IMG/VR virus record: IMGVR_UViG_3300006153_000019
Location: 1-58,570 of that record
Length of the DNA stretch: 58,570 nt
Direction: 5' to 3' (one strand)
From: a virus
The position numbers and the translations under genes are program-made. A model generated the notes under the pieces. It saw nothing but the letters and a program-made list of their open reading frames with translations, searched no databases and had not been told where the DNA came from. Shown piece by piece: positions 44,167 to 52,773 of this stretch. Within the stretch, counting starts at the first letter, position 1. The number at the start of each line of letters is the position of its first letter.

Positions 44167-44280
44167 TCATGCAGATTCTCCTTTATGCCTTAATCCTTTC
44201 ATATATCCAAAATAAAAGGCAATTTTAATCATATCAAACATATTCCCTAGAGCTGCAATTTCATTCATATCCTTGGACAT
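44167..44280 (-). CDS. small protein (37 aa), ..MIYGFV..-family paralog
   Basis: MSKDMNEIAALGNMFDMIKIAFYFGYMKGLRHKGESA. Confidence 0.35.
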   Translation of the reverse strand: MSKDMNEIAALGNMFDMIKIAFYFGYMKGLRHKGESA

Positions 44281-44357
44281 TAGACTAATGCTTTGAGGGT
44301 TTTTTTGCTTGAAATTCCTGTACTCGCTCTATAACACTTCTATACTTTCTCATATAA

Positions 44358-44468
44358 TTACCCCTCCTGCTTGTACAACGTAGAAACGAATCCATAAATC
44401 ATCTCAAGGAAGCGTTTTGTTTTTATCTTGGAAATCATGTCAATGACCTGCTGCCTGTAGTCTATCAT
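44358..44468 (-). CDS. small protein (36 aa), ..MIYGFV..-family paralog
   Basis: MIDYRQQVIDMISKIKTKRFLEMIYGFVSTLYKQEG. Confidence 0.4.
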   Translation of the reverse strand: MIDYRQQVIDMISKIKTKRFLEMIYGFVSTLYKQEG

Positions 44469-44479
44469 ACCCTCTCCCC

Positions 44480-45286
44480 CTATTCCATACCCTGGAATTT
44501 CTGCTGTGCGTTCTCATTGTCAATCCTGTCCTGCAACATTACAGGAGCTTTGTAATCATTGATTATTTCAATCGCCTTATCAGTTTGGCAGCGTTTTAAT
44601 GCCTTGTATGACTTAATCTCAAAATTCCTGTAAATCTGACCATAGATATCGCAATATACTGCTTGAACAATGCTTCTGTTGTGGTAGGCATTAGACGCTT
44701 TACCGCCCATAATATGTACTCCCTTAGCTTTTACAGCATTGGTTATTTTCTCTGCTTCAATGGGAAGAATCGGTAAATCATTTTTGAGAGTTTCTAACTC
44801 ATTTTTCACGCTGTCAACACTTTTTTCAACTGCCCCGACTTTCTCATATAATTCGGTCGTTCCCTGTGCTAATAACCTTATCTGTCCCTGTATATCTCCT
44901 GTACTCTCCTGCTTAGGGAGAAATGCTGCCGCTAGTATGTCCTTGGCTTGTAACTGGTAATCAAGCAGCTTCTTGGCAAGACCAGGATTATCTTGTTTTG
45001 TTTTATCTGTTATCTGTATTTTAGCAAGCCACAGAGGAACAAAGTCAATTCGTAATGCTATTGCTTCGTTTGATGGGTCAAATACCCCTGCTTCTAATCG
45101 GAAGCACCCCTGTTTCAAAACCTCGTCTTTCTGTACTTTCTGTACCTGTTTATCTTTTTGCCCCTTAGTCATTCCAAGGGCATTACAGAAATAGCTTACT
45201 CCTGCAAAGATATTTCCTTTTTCATCTTTTGCCGCCATTATGGAATTTCCTAATACGTTCACTGGTTTCACAATTAAATTTTCCAT
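44480..45286 (-). CDS. antirepressor (P22 Ant N-terminal-like plus ORF6C), cassette d
   Basis: C-terminus GGKASNAYHNRSIVQAVYCDIYGQIYRNFEIKSYKALKR parallels 22188..22943; start ambiguous (45301 or 45286). Confidence 0.65.
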   Translation of the reverse strand: MENLIVKPVNVLGNSIMAAKDEKGNIFAGVSYFCNALGMTKGQKDKQVQKVQKDEVLKQGCFRLEAGVFDPSNEAIALRIDFVPLWLAKIQITDKTKQDNPGLAKKLLDYQLQAKDILAAAFLPKQESTGDIQGQIRLLAQGTTELYEKVGAVEKSVDSVKNELETLKNDLPILPIEAEKITNAVKAKGVHIMGGKASNAYHNRSIVQAVYCDIYGQIYRNFEIKSYKALKRCQTDKAIEIINDYKAPVMLQDRIDNENAQQKFQGME

Positions 45287-45419
45287 ATAAAAAATCTCCA
45301 TTCAACAATTTGTGGTTGCCAAACAGAGGTACACAGTGTATAATATTTGTGTACCTAAGTTGGCTTTGGTCAATTTGGTTCTCATAGAGTGTTGTTTTCG
45401 TTGGTAGCGGTATAACACT

Positions 45420-45593
45420 CTATTTTTTTTCGTTCAAAAGCAAATGAACCCCTTTTCTAATTGCTTCGCCTTTTGTAATTCCCTGTTCTGTGCAATATTG
45501 ATTCAACTTATCATCAGTTTCTTTGTCAAGCCGAACGCTTGTTCTTATATTGATAGGGTTATCTACTTTTGGTCTGCCTGTGCGTGGACTCAT
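45420..45593 (-). CDS. RHH regulator, cassette d (57 aa, below the ORF-track cutoff)
   Basis: MSPRTGRPKVDNPINIRTSVRLDKETDDKLNQYCTEQGITKGEAIRKGV; SD GAGGTGATGA. Confidence 0.6.
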   Translation of the reverse strand: MSPRTGRPKVDNPINIRTSVRLDKETDDKLNQYCTEQGITKGEAIRKGVHLLLNEKK

Positions 45594-45610
45594 TTCATCA
45601 CCTCACTTTT

Positions 45611-45651
45611 GAGCACACATAAATTATACTAAATGCACGCTCAAAAGTCAA
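45611..45651 (-). promoter_or_regulatory. promoter/operator d (TTGACT box, imperfect inverted repeat gagcacacat / atgcacgctc)
   Basis: conserved aaaagtcaagca box as in cassettes b and c. Confidence 0.45.
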
Positions 45652-45658
45652 GCATTTT

Positions 45659-46786
45659 TTATAAAAATTTTTTAATATAGTTTTCATACTTTATTACAAT
45701 ACAGTTCATATAATGCTCAATATCAAAATAAACCTCATTTAGTAAATCGTGAATAACGTCAGCAAGGTCTAATTTGTCAAATATCGTATATGGTAAAATA
45801 TGATAGCCATATATAATATCTAATATATGTTCATTGTAATACTCTTTGAGTTCAACAATTCTGTCTAAATCATGTTTCAAAAATACATCATTGCACGCTA
45901 TTATGTGTTCTTTTTGGTTCTCAATACCATTATACTTAACATGGTCTAAGTCAAACCAATAAGGGTGGCTTGCTAAGTTGGTAGAAAAATACAACCTAAA
46001 CAAAGTATTTTGTAATGCTAAATCATATCTTCCCTCATCATACAAAACCTCACTCAAATTAAAATAAATCATTTCTAGCTTTGAAAACCATTGATTATAT
46101 TGATATGTAAATGCCTTTTCATTAAGTGCTTGAAATATCGTATCATAAAATTTCCTTTTCCTCCCTTGCAAAATGCGGTGTCTGTTAAATTCGTCAAAAG
46201 AAACATCATATGATTTTCTATGATACATAACATAATCTTCATTTTCTTCTAAGAAAGCACGTCCTTTTTCTGTAAGAAACAAATGTTCGCACTCATTCAA
46301 TATTCTTGATTTTTCATCATCACTTATATTGTTGATTACTCTATCAATTAAATCTGGCTTATTTCCACTCTTTTTTAATCCTAAACTTTCTAATATAGTT
46401 TTTAATTCAGTTACTTTGTAAAGACTTAATGCTTCACATAATACAGCTTGCCTTAAATATCCCTGTTCATAAAGCCATTGATGTAATCTATTTATATTTA
46501 CAATTCCATATTGTCCCTCAAAATATAAAGAATATTGATTATTATCCCTTATCTTTGAACCTTTTTGGCTTCCACTTAATAAAATTGCAGCACATAGTTG
46601 AACTTGGGGAACGTCAAGTTTTCCTCCAGTAAATGTAATTTTTGCACAATTATAACTTGGGTGACAATTTTCATCAAATCTATCATGATAGAGAATTTCT
46701 AAATTTGTTTTTTGGTTGATGTTGTCTTTTATCTGCCTTAAATTTTTCGACTTCAAAGTGTCGACTATCCTCCTTATAAACTCCAT
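45659..46786 (-). CDS. SAP-domain protein, AT-rich cargo gene of unknown function
   Basis: ..YKVTELKTILESLGLKKSGNKPDLIDRVINN.. is SAP-motif-like; ATG after GGAGGGAG. Confidence 0.55.
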   Translation of the reverse strand: MEFIRRIVDTLKSKNLRQIKDNINQKTNLEILYHDRFDENCHPSYNCAKITFTGGKLDVPQVQLCAAILLSGSQKGSKIRDNNQYSLYFEGQYGIVNINRLHQWLYEQGYLRQAVLCEALSLYKVTELKTILESLGLKKSGNKPDLIDRVINNISDDEKSRILNECEHLFLTEKGRAFLEENEDYVMYHRKSYDVSFDEFNRHRILQGRKRKFYDTIFQALNEKAFTYQYNQWFSKLEMIYFNLSEVLYDEGRYDLALQNTLFRLYFSTNLASHPYWFDLDHVKYNGIENQKEHIIACNDVFLKHDLDRIVELKEYYNEHILDIIYGYHILPYTIFDKLDLADVIHDLLNEVYFDIEHYMNCIVIKYENYIKKFL

Positions 46787-46975
46787 ACATCTCCCTCCTC
46801 TCCATAACCTACATTCTAGCATACACCGACAAAAAACACTACTATTTACTAGAAAATTCTGTTATAAATGGGGAGAAAGAGAGAAAAAACAGGAGAAAAT
46901 ATTTGCTTGTGCTGGAAAATTATGGTATGATAGGCATTATTATACTTACGAAAGAATTTTAGGAGGGTAAATATT

Positions 46976-47935
46976 ATGAAAAAGAAATTTATTGTTTTAA
47001 TACTAATATCAACTTTAGGTCTATCAGCTTGTGGAAACTCTAATTCTATAGTAGAAACTACCAATCTATCACAATCTTCTACTAATATTGAACAGAATAA
47101 TACATCAACAGAAAGTGAAGATAATACAGAAACAAAGATAGCTGAAACAACAGAGTCACTTGTACCTAGTATCACAGAGTCACCTGCACCTAATATTGAC
47201 TTTGAGGAGATTACTGTTATTGATAATGAAGAATGTACTATCAAAATCACTGGGATTGATTCAGATAATAAGGGCTGTACTTTAAAAGCAGATTTGGAAA
47301 ATAAATCATCTGATAAAACATATATGTTTTCTGTGTTAAATGCTGCTGTAAATGGGGTTGAATCCGACCCTGGATTTGCCACAGAAGTTGCAGCAGGTAA
47401 AAAGGCTAATAAAAATATTGATTTTACCAATAATTATAATATCGGTGATTTTTCAGATATTGAAATATGTTTTCGAGTATATGATACTAACGATTGGCTG
47501 GCGGATAATGTGGCATTAGATACCATTCATATATATCCCTATGGTGAAGAAAATGCTATTACATTTGTAAGAGAACCGCAAGATTCAGATAATATCATTG
47601 CAGATAATGATTATATAACAATTATAGTAACTGGAATTGAACCAGATGGAATATGGGGATACACAGTAAACTTATTTTTAGTAAATAAATCAGATACAGA
47701 AATTATGTTTAGTGTTGACGAGGCTTCTATTAACGGATATATGATAGACCCATTCTATGCCACTTCTGTTATGCCTAATAAATGTAAATTCAGTTCAATG
47801 TCATGGTCTAATAGCTCATTAGAAGAAAACGGAATTTCAGAAGTTGCAGAAATTGAATTTTTGCTTAGGGCATATGATAATTCTAATTGGTCAGGAGATG
47901 ATTTTGTAAACGAAATTATCACATTAAATCCATAA
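46976..47935 (+). CDS. lipoprotein with two repeated beta-rich domains
   Basis: signal peptide with lipobox LGLSAC; internal duplication (..IKITGIDSD..MFSVLNAAVNG.. and ..IIVTGIEPD..MFSVDEASING..). Confidence 0.7.
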   Translation: MKKKFIVLILISTLGLSACGNSNSIVETTNLSQSSTNIEQNNTSTESEDNTETKIAETTESLVPSITESPAPNIDFEEITVIDNEECTIKITGIDSDNKGCTLKADLENKSSDKTYMFSVLNAAVNGVESDPGFATEVAAGKKANKNIDFTNNYNIGDFSDIEICFRVYDTNDWLADNVALDTIHIYPYGEENAITFVREPQDSDNIIADNDYITIIVTGIEPDGIWGYTVNLFLVNKSDTEIMFSVDEASINGYMIDPFYATSVMPNKCKFSSMSWSNSSLEENGISEVAEIEFLLRAYDNSNWSGDDFVNEIITLNP

Positions 47936-47984
47936 AAGTCAACCAGAATGGGGAATGGGTTAAGTAACTTATCCTCTGTGACGT

Positions 47985-48010
47985 GCTCCTACCTTTTAAG
48001 AGGTAGGAGC
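47985..48010 (+). terminator. hairpin terminator after the lipoprotein gene
   Basis: gctcctacct-tttaag-aggtaggagc. Confidence 0.55.
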
Positions 48011-48033
48011 TTCTTACTGCTATTATTTAAAAT

Positions 48034-48067
48034 ATGGTACAAATTTCCATAAAATTTATGGTACAAT
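48034..48067 (+). promoter_or_regulatory. TGGTACAA-N19-TACAAT promoter for 48096..48293
   Basis: plus strand reads ATGGTACAA, 19 nt, TACAAT (the -10 is itself inside a second ATGGTACAAT). Confidence 0.5.
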
Positions 48068-48095
48068 AGGGAAAACAAGAAAGAAAGGTGTAAAT

Positions 48096-48293
48096 ATGCA
48101 GGTGATTAAAGAAAAAGAACTGCCCGAAGGAGAAGAGTTAAACCTTGTTACTGACATTTTGAAAATACTTTGCAAAAAAGGTCTTTCTTTCAGGCAGGCA
48201 TCAGAAATTTTAGATATGGTACAATTAGAAATTCAAAGACTTCCCATTAGTGAAATTAAATGCAGATACACGGACAGACCAGATACTAAGTAA
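48096..48293 (+). CDS. hypothetical small protein
   Basis: 65-aa ORF, SD AAAGGTG. Confidence 0.5.
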   Translation: MQVIKEKELPEGEELNLVTDILKILCKKGLSFRQASEILDMVQLEIQRLPISEIKCRYTDRPDTK

Positions 48294-48561
48294 ATATTTG
48301 CTCTTTAATTATGTCCCAGTCTGTTTCTTTCAATCGACCATTATAATTGTCATTGACTTCTACAACAAACAATGTGTCGTTTCCGTCAAGATGTTGCGTG
48401 ATGGCATCGTTTATCTGTTTTGCAGTCATGTTGGATTTAATCAGATAAGAAGATTTCCATGCAGAATACCATGTAATGGAACAACTTTTTATAGTTTCAA
48501 TGACTTTTTCATAATTCTGACCTTGTGCATTAAGGTCATATGTAACCATATAAGCAGACAT
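48286..48561 (-). CDS. hypothetical protein
   Basis: 91-aa ORF; begins MSAYMVTYDLNAQGQNYEKV.. Confidence 0.5.
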   Translation of the reverse strand: MSAYMVTYDLNAQGQNYEKVIETIKSCSITWYSAWKSSYLIKSNMTAKQINDAITQHLDGNDTLFVVEVNDNYNGRLKETDWDIIKEQIFT

Positions 48562-48629
48562 GCTTTTTTTCCTTTCTTCCCATACTTGGCTTACCAGAGC
48601 CTGTGTATAGAGTATAGCATAAAATATAG

Positions 48630-48664
48630 AAAACGGGCAAAGAATCTTCTTCTCTACCCGTTTT
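48630..48664 (-). terminator. terminator ending the minus-strand head/tail operon after the Gp15-family gene
   Basis: minus strand reads AAAACGGG-N19-CCCGTTTT then CTATATTTTAT. Confidence 0.5.
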
Positions 48665-48687
48665 TAAGAGTATTTATGTACTCTTTC

Positions 48688-49242
48688 CTAAAGCCACTTT
48701 AAAATATTGTCTTTCTCCTCTCGCTGCTCTTTACTCTCTTTCTTCTCCAACTTTACTAATGCTATATTATTCCGTTCAAATTCCTTTTCCCACTTTTCCA
48801 GCTTCTTGCCTTTAGCCTTTTTTTGCCGGATAGCTAATACCTGTGAAAACATGCCGTCCTCAATCTCCATAAAATAGCCTAGAAATGTCCACCAATGCAG
48901 GTATTGGACAGCTCTAACCTCTTTTCCAGCTACTTTATTAACTGCTGGTATAATAATAGAAGCGTCTTGCTGCCAGTCCATTGTACGGGGTTTCGGACGG
49001 CTATCCGATACAGTATAATCAATAAATTCCACGGCTTTTTCACAGGCTTCCTTATATTCACTTACTGGGATTAGCTGCCAGTCTGGATATAGAATCCGAT
49101 ACATGACTTCTTGTTTCTCCCAAGCTTCCATATCTGGGTCAGACATAGATATTAAAATGTTCAAGATATCTCGGAAATCTGAGCGAATGGAATAATTTAT
49201 TGTCCCTATATTTAATTCTGTAGGTAATTCGTATGCGTTCAT
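48688..49242 (-). CDS. Gp15-family tail protein (normally precedes the tape measure gene)
   Basis: 184 aa; ..LNIGTINYSIRSDFRDILNILISMSDPDM..WWTFLGYF.. resembles Phage_Gp15. Confidence 0.65.
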   Translation of the reverse strand: MNAYELPTELNIGTINYSIRSDFRDILNILISMSDPDMEAWEKQEVMYRILYPDWQLIPVSEYKEACEKAVEFIDYTVSDSRPKPRTMDWQQDASIIIPAVNKVAGKEVRAVQYLHWWTFLGYFMEIEDGMFSQVLAIRQKKAKGKKLEKWEKEFERNNIALVKLEKKESKEQREEKDNILKWL

Positions 49243-49649
49243 TTATTATATTTTGCCGTATATTTTTCAATATTTGCCGTTGTCTTTTTCATTCTGATAT
49301 TCAGTTCGGATTCAATGAATGATATCAACTGTTTCAAAACATATTCTGCAAATAAGGAACCATCTTCCCGTGGGGAAAGGGGATTAGCATATTTAAAAAG
49401 GGTTTCGGAAGCACCAGGGGAAATCAAGTAATCAAACTGCTGCTTAATAGTATCTGACAAAGCAAAAAGAGTTTCTGTTGTGTCCTCTTTTTCTGGTACT
49501 TTCATATTTTCAAAGAAGTCCATTACCTTTTCACAGCGTTTCACAATATCAAGGTCTGATGGATTCCACCAAAACCAGCCAGTTACTTCTTCATCTGAAT
49601 TAACTATCTCTATTTTTTCTCTATCATCAAGTGTGATTTGTCTTGCCAT
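49239..49649 (-). CDS. tail assembly chaperone
   Basis: 136 aa, acidic, between the major tail and Gp15 genes. Confidence 0.55.
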   Translation of the reverse strand: MARQITLDDREKIEIVNSDEEVTGWFWWNPSDLDIVKRCEKVMDFFENMKVPEKEDTTETLFALSDTIKQQFDYLISPGASETLFKYANPLSPREDGSLFAEYVLKQLISFIESELNIRMKKTTANIEKYTAKYNK

Positions 49650-49658
49650 ATGTACTCC

Positions 49659-50198
49659 TTAATCGCTCAAACTGTTAGTATGACTAGCAGTACTTGCTGT
49701 ACCTGCTGTAAATTTCTTTGTTTCTAAGTTGAATGTTCCTTTAACTCGGTTTCCTGCTTTATATACAGTAAAGGGAATTTGTATTCCAGATGTATCACCA
49801 CCTGCACTGTTTGGAATTGCATAGACATCTTCACGATATGCCCATATTACAGTAGGTGGGTTATTTTCTGGGTCATCTGCATCCGGCTTTAACAATACAT
49901 CTACCATAGAGGTTTTACATTTATCTCCGGTTGCCCTAGTATTTATCAATTCAAACATCTTGTTAGACAGAGGGTCATCATAATCTTTGTAGTAATAAGG
50001 GTCAATATCTCCTTGCACTTCATAGCCGCTATGTCTTACAGATTGTTCGCCAAGAATATTTTTAGACACTTCTACATCTGGATTAAGTTCTTCATTGTAT
50101 TCCTCAAGGTCTTTTCCTATCCTAATATAACTTGTATTAGAATAATCTTTGCTAAAAGCTGCATCTAAAAAATGTGCATAGTATTTCCGTTCAATCAT
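49659..50198 (-). CDS. major tail protein
   Basis: 179 aa; position and composition typical of siphovirus major tail proteins. Confidence 0.6.
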   Translation of the reverse strand: MIERKYYAHFLDAAFSKDYSNTSYIRIGKDLEEYNEELNPDVEVSKNILGEQSVRHSGYEVQGDIDPYYYKDYDDPLSNKMFELINTRATGDKCKTSMVDVLLKPDADDPENNPPTVIWAYREDVYAIPNSAGGDTSGIQIPFTVYKAGNRVKGTFNLETKKFTAGTASTASHTNSLSD

Positions 50199-50250
50199 AA
50201 ATATCTCCTTCTGCCTATTCCATCATAGGCGCTCAAATAATGCTAAATTA

Positions 50251-50709
50251 TTACCATACTTCTTCTTTTTCGTATTCCATTGTAATGTTTGAGGCAAACA
50301 CTGTTGCCCTGTCCCCCTCCACTTCCTCAACATCTGGGAAGCTGCCGGAAGCGGTTATTTTCGTTACTTTTCGGTTTTTCGTCAATGATGGGAGGTTTTC
50401 CACATCTTCCAGCCAGCTTGTGATATTATCCACAACTGCTTGTGCATTTATCATCTGTCCGTTACCTCGTGGGAAACTCTGATAAGCTACTTGTATATTG
50501 ATTTCAGCAGTAAATCCGCCTAGTACATTCCGCTTTTTAATGCTGCCTCCGATAGTGAATATGTATACACACTTACCCACATCTTTTGAGTTGTATTTAA
50601 TCGTTGCACCGTTTGGAATATATGGACACTCCGCAATCAGTTCCAGCAGCATTTCCCCGACTTTATCATATTCCGTTTTGGACAGGCGTTCTTTGATTTC
50701 TTCGGGCAT
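50251..50709 (-). CDS. tail-completion / head-tail joining protein
   Basis: 152-aa ORF upstream of the major tail gene. Confidence 0.5.
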   Translation of the reverse strand: MPEEIKERLSKTEYDKVGEMLLELIAECPYIPNGATIKYNSKDVGKCVYIFTIGGSIKKRNVLGGFTAEINIQVAYQSFPRGNGQMINAQAVVDNITSWLEDVENLPSLTKNRKVTKITASGSFPDVEEVEGDRATVFASNITMEYEKEEVW

Positions 50710-50712
50710 AGG

Positions 50713-50961
50713 CTATACCAATTTCTCACCGCAGAAAGGGCAATAATGAATTGGAATCGCCATTCCGTAACTTCTTCCTGTGCTTTGGATTTCCACTTCC
50801 TGTTTGATGAATGCATACGGAGTCCCATCATCTTCGTGATTCACTTCCATAAACCCATGAAAGTAATTTACGTCAAAAGCGTTCTCTCTTTCATCAAACA
50901 ACATTGTTTTTGCTTTCCTGTCCTTTGGAACGTTCAATAATTCCTTGCATTTATCACACAT
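50713..50961 (-). CDS. zinc-ribbon small protein inserted in the head-tail module
   Basis: MCDKCKELL...HYCPFCGEKLV; SD GGAGGAAG. Confidence 0.5.
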   Translation of the reverse strand: MCDKCKELLNVPKDRKAKTMLFDERENAFDVNYFHGFMEVNHEDDGTPYAFIKQEVEIQSTGRSYGMAIPIHYCPFCGEKLV

Positions 50962-50965
50962 TGTT

Positions 50966-51412
50966 TTATCTTCCTCCAATCTCAAACCTCGGTATCAGCG
51001 TATAAACGTCCACCGTATCAATGCTGAACGCATAGCCGTACTTGGTTTTGATATGCTCAAAAAATCCGCCAGGGTACTTGGTTTCGTCTTGGTCTATCAG
51101 TCCGACAGGCACATCAATGTCTATGCCTAACTCCGATTTTTTTACAACGACGAAGAAATTCTTTCCTTCGGTGTCCAGTGTGAAACTTTCCAGCATTTCA
51201 TCAGTCGTTAGGTCGTTCCACACTTCCGGCGCTTTGTACGGCTTTGGCAGATTGACATTCGGGATTTTAACCACGCACACACTGGCATTTTCCATGCCGC
51301 TTGCTTTCTGGTTTGCCCCCTGCGTCAGCTCCACCCGCACATTGTCAAACCGTGTGCCGAAATATGTTTCTGTTTCCATCAGCCCGTTTATGTAGCGATT
51401 ATAGACAACCAC
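50966..51412 (-). CDS. head-tail joining / minor capsid family protein
   Basis: 148-aa ORF in the connector region. Confidence 0.5.
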   Translation of the reverse strand: MVVYNRYINGLMETETYFGTRFDNVRVELTQGANQKASGMENASVCVVKIPNVNLPKPYKAPEVWNDLTTDEMLESFTLDTEGKNFFVVVKKSELGIDIDVPVGLIDQDETKYPGGFFEHIKTKYGYAFSIDTVDVYTLIPRFEIGGR

Positions 51413-51513
51413 GCTGTCAACATAGCCTATCCCATATCAACCACCCCATTTCTGACATAAAAAGAAACTACCAACTGGATAGCTGATAGTTTCTATGTTT
51501 GAAAATATTCAAT

Positions 51514-51750
51514 TCATGTGTCTTTCGTGGCTTTTACTCCCATATCAAATCCGAAAAGAAATGCTGTGTGTTCTGATTCTTTTATCTGCTCCACAATGAT
51601 TTGGATTAACTTGTCATTGTCTGGCTGATTCAGTGGCAAAGCATTTATAAAATCGCTCAATTCGTTCGCAATTTCAGCAAACCTCTCCGACCTCGGAATT
51701 TTGATTTTCTTCTCTGGCTGTTCATTGCGAAAATCAACTATGTTCCCCAT
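51514..51750 (-). CDS. hypothetical protein
   Basis: 78-aa ORF. Confidence 0.5.
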   Translation of the reverse strand: MGNIVDFRNEQPEKKIKIPRSERFAEIANELSDFINALPLNQPDNDKLIQIIVEQIKESEHTAFLFGFDMGVKATKDT

Positions 51751-51761
51751 TTCATACCCTC

Positions 51762-52562
51762 CTATGCCGCTTTCTCTATCATGGGATAGATGTCATGCTT
51801 TTTTAATTCTTCATAAAGGAACAATCTTCCCTTCTGCGTCCATTCCGTCTGCATTCTCACGTCTGGCTGTCCGTTGGAGCGTACAATGTCAATCGTCTTG
51901 CTATGAACATATCCCCTGCCCTGGTATTTTGCGTACAGTATCCACTGACCGCCCACCTTGCGCTGTATCCCCAGTTCTGCCAGTTTCTTGTTAAATGCCT
52001 TTGCGGACATTCCGTAATCCTGCGCTATCTGCGTTGTGAGTACGGTTGCCGTACTTTTTAGAATAAGGTCAACATAATTCGCCTTTGGTTCAAGTTCGGA
52101 GATTTTCTTGTCCATCTCGATTGTTTCCTGCTCCAAGGCTTTCTTTTCTTGCTCCAAACGCTTGTTTTTTTCTCTTTCCTCTTTTAACGCCGTAAATGCC
52201 TTGATAGCAATATCGGGGTTTTCGAGAAGTTCATCAACCGCATACATACCATGCTTGCGGATAGCGGGGAGGACTTCTCTTGTTACCCACCGTTTGAATT
52301 TTCTTGCGGACGGAATTTTACTCCCTAAAACAGCGTCATACAGGCCACTCTCGTTAATAATGGTCATATTCTGCTCTCCGCTAGGGGTACTCACTGAGTG
52401 CGTACCCTTATCTTCATCTTCAAGCCTGCGTGTCAAATCGCTTGCCATTCTGTAACCTAAAGCTTTTGCAATGTCGCTCGCCACAAACCACGGTTCATTG
52501 TCAATTACTACTGTCCGCACACTTCCAAACTCGGAATTTTCAAAAATCTGTAATTCATTCAT
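51762..52562 (-). CDS. antirepressor (BRO-N plus KilAC-type C-domain), cassette e, embedded in the structural operon
   Basis: [37 protein letters not shown] (BRO-N); C-terminal ..[24 protein letters not shown].. Confidence 0.8.
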   Translation of the reverse strand: MNELQIFENSEFGSVRTVVIDNEPWFVASDIAKALGYRMASDLTRRLEDEDKGTHSVSTPSGEQNMTIINESGLYDAVLGSKIPSARKFKRWVTREVLPAIRKHGMYAVDELLENPDIAIKAFTALKEEREKNKRLEQEKKALEQETIEMDKKISELEPKANYVDLILKSTATVLTTQIAQDYGMSAKAFNKKLAELGIQRKVGGQWILYAKYQGRGYVHSKTIDIVRSNGQPDVRMQTEWTQKGRLFLYEELKKHDIYPMIEKAA

Positions 52563-52584
52563 TCGCCTTACCTCCTATGACTCC

Positions 52585-52618
52585 ATTTTACCAGAAATTT
52601 AATAAAAATTTGTGCCAT
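52585..52618 (-). promoter_or_regulatory. variant TGGCACAA-N19-TAAAAT promoter for the BRO antirepressor
   Basis: minus strand reads ATGGCACAA, 19 nt, TAAAAT, just before the SD. Confidence 0.45.
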
Positions 52619-52625
52619 TCTTATA

Positions 52626-52754
52626 TCATGCAGACTGTCCTTTTTTCTGAATATGTAGTTTTAATATTATCCGTATCTGGTTAAGGAATTTTTCATCATT
52701 GATATTTTCTAACATAAGGGTAATGTCTTTTTTATAGGATTTTTTCTTCATCAT
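52626..52754 (-). CDS. small protein (42 aa), ..MIYGFV..-family paralog
   Basis: MMKKKSYKKDITLMLENINDEKFLNQIRIILKLHIQKKGQSA. Confidence 0.35.
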   Translation of the reverse strand: MMKKKSYKKDITLMLENINDEKFLNQIRIILKLHIQKKGQSA

Positions 52755-52773
52755 CTTTATGTAAAATCGCCTT

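Noticed and set aside
44157-44175. atctgccgtcatgcagat, a small palindrome sharing TCTGCCGT with the shufflon core, as a fifth crossover or recombinase-binding site
   Set aside because: Only 8 nt match the core. The sequence is the ..ESA-stop end of a small ORF family member, and the paralog at 52626 ends with the same TCTGCATGA, so the similarity is explained by coding.
46849-47430. 193-aa minus-strand ORF
   Set aside because: It is antisense to the lipoprotein gene 46976..47935, which has a clear signal peptide and lipobox. The shadow ORF has no SD and a Ser/Val/Leu-rich composition.
48286-48561. Possible Cas2/VapD-like ferredoxin-fold protein (begins M..YMVTYDL)
   Set aside because: The resemblance is limited to the first beta-strand pattern. 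There are no cas genes or CRISPR array in the window, so it is kept as hypothetical.
48631-48645. aaacgggcaaagaat resembling the crossover core aaacggcagaat
   Set aside because: It contains an indel and mismatches, and it forms the 5' arm of the terminator hairpin 48630..48664.
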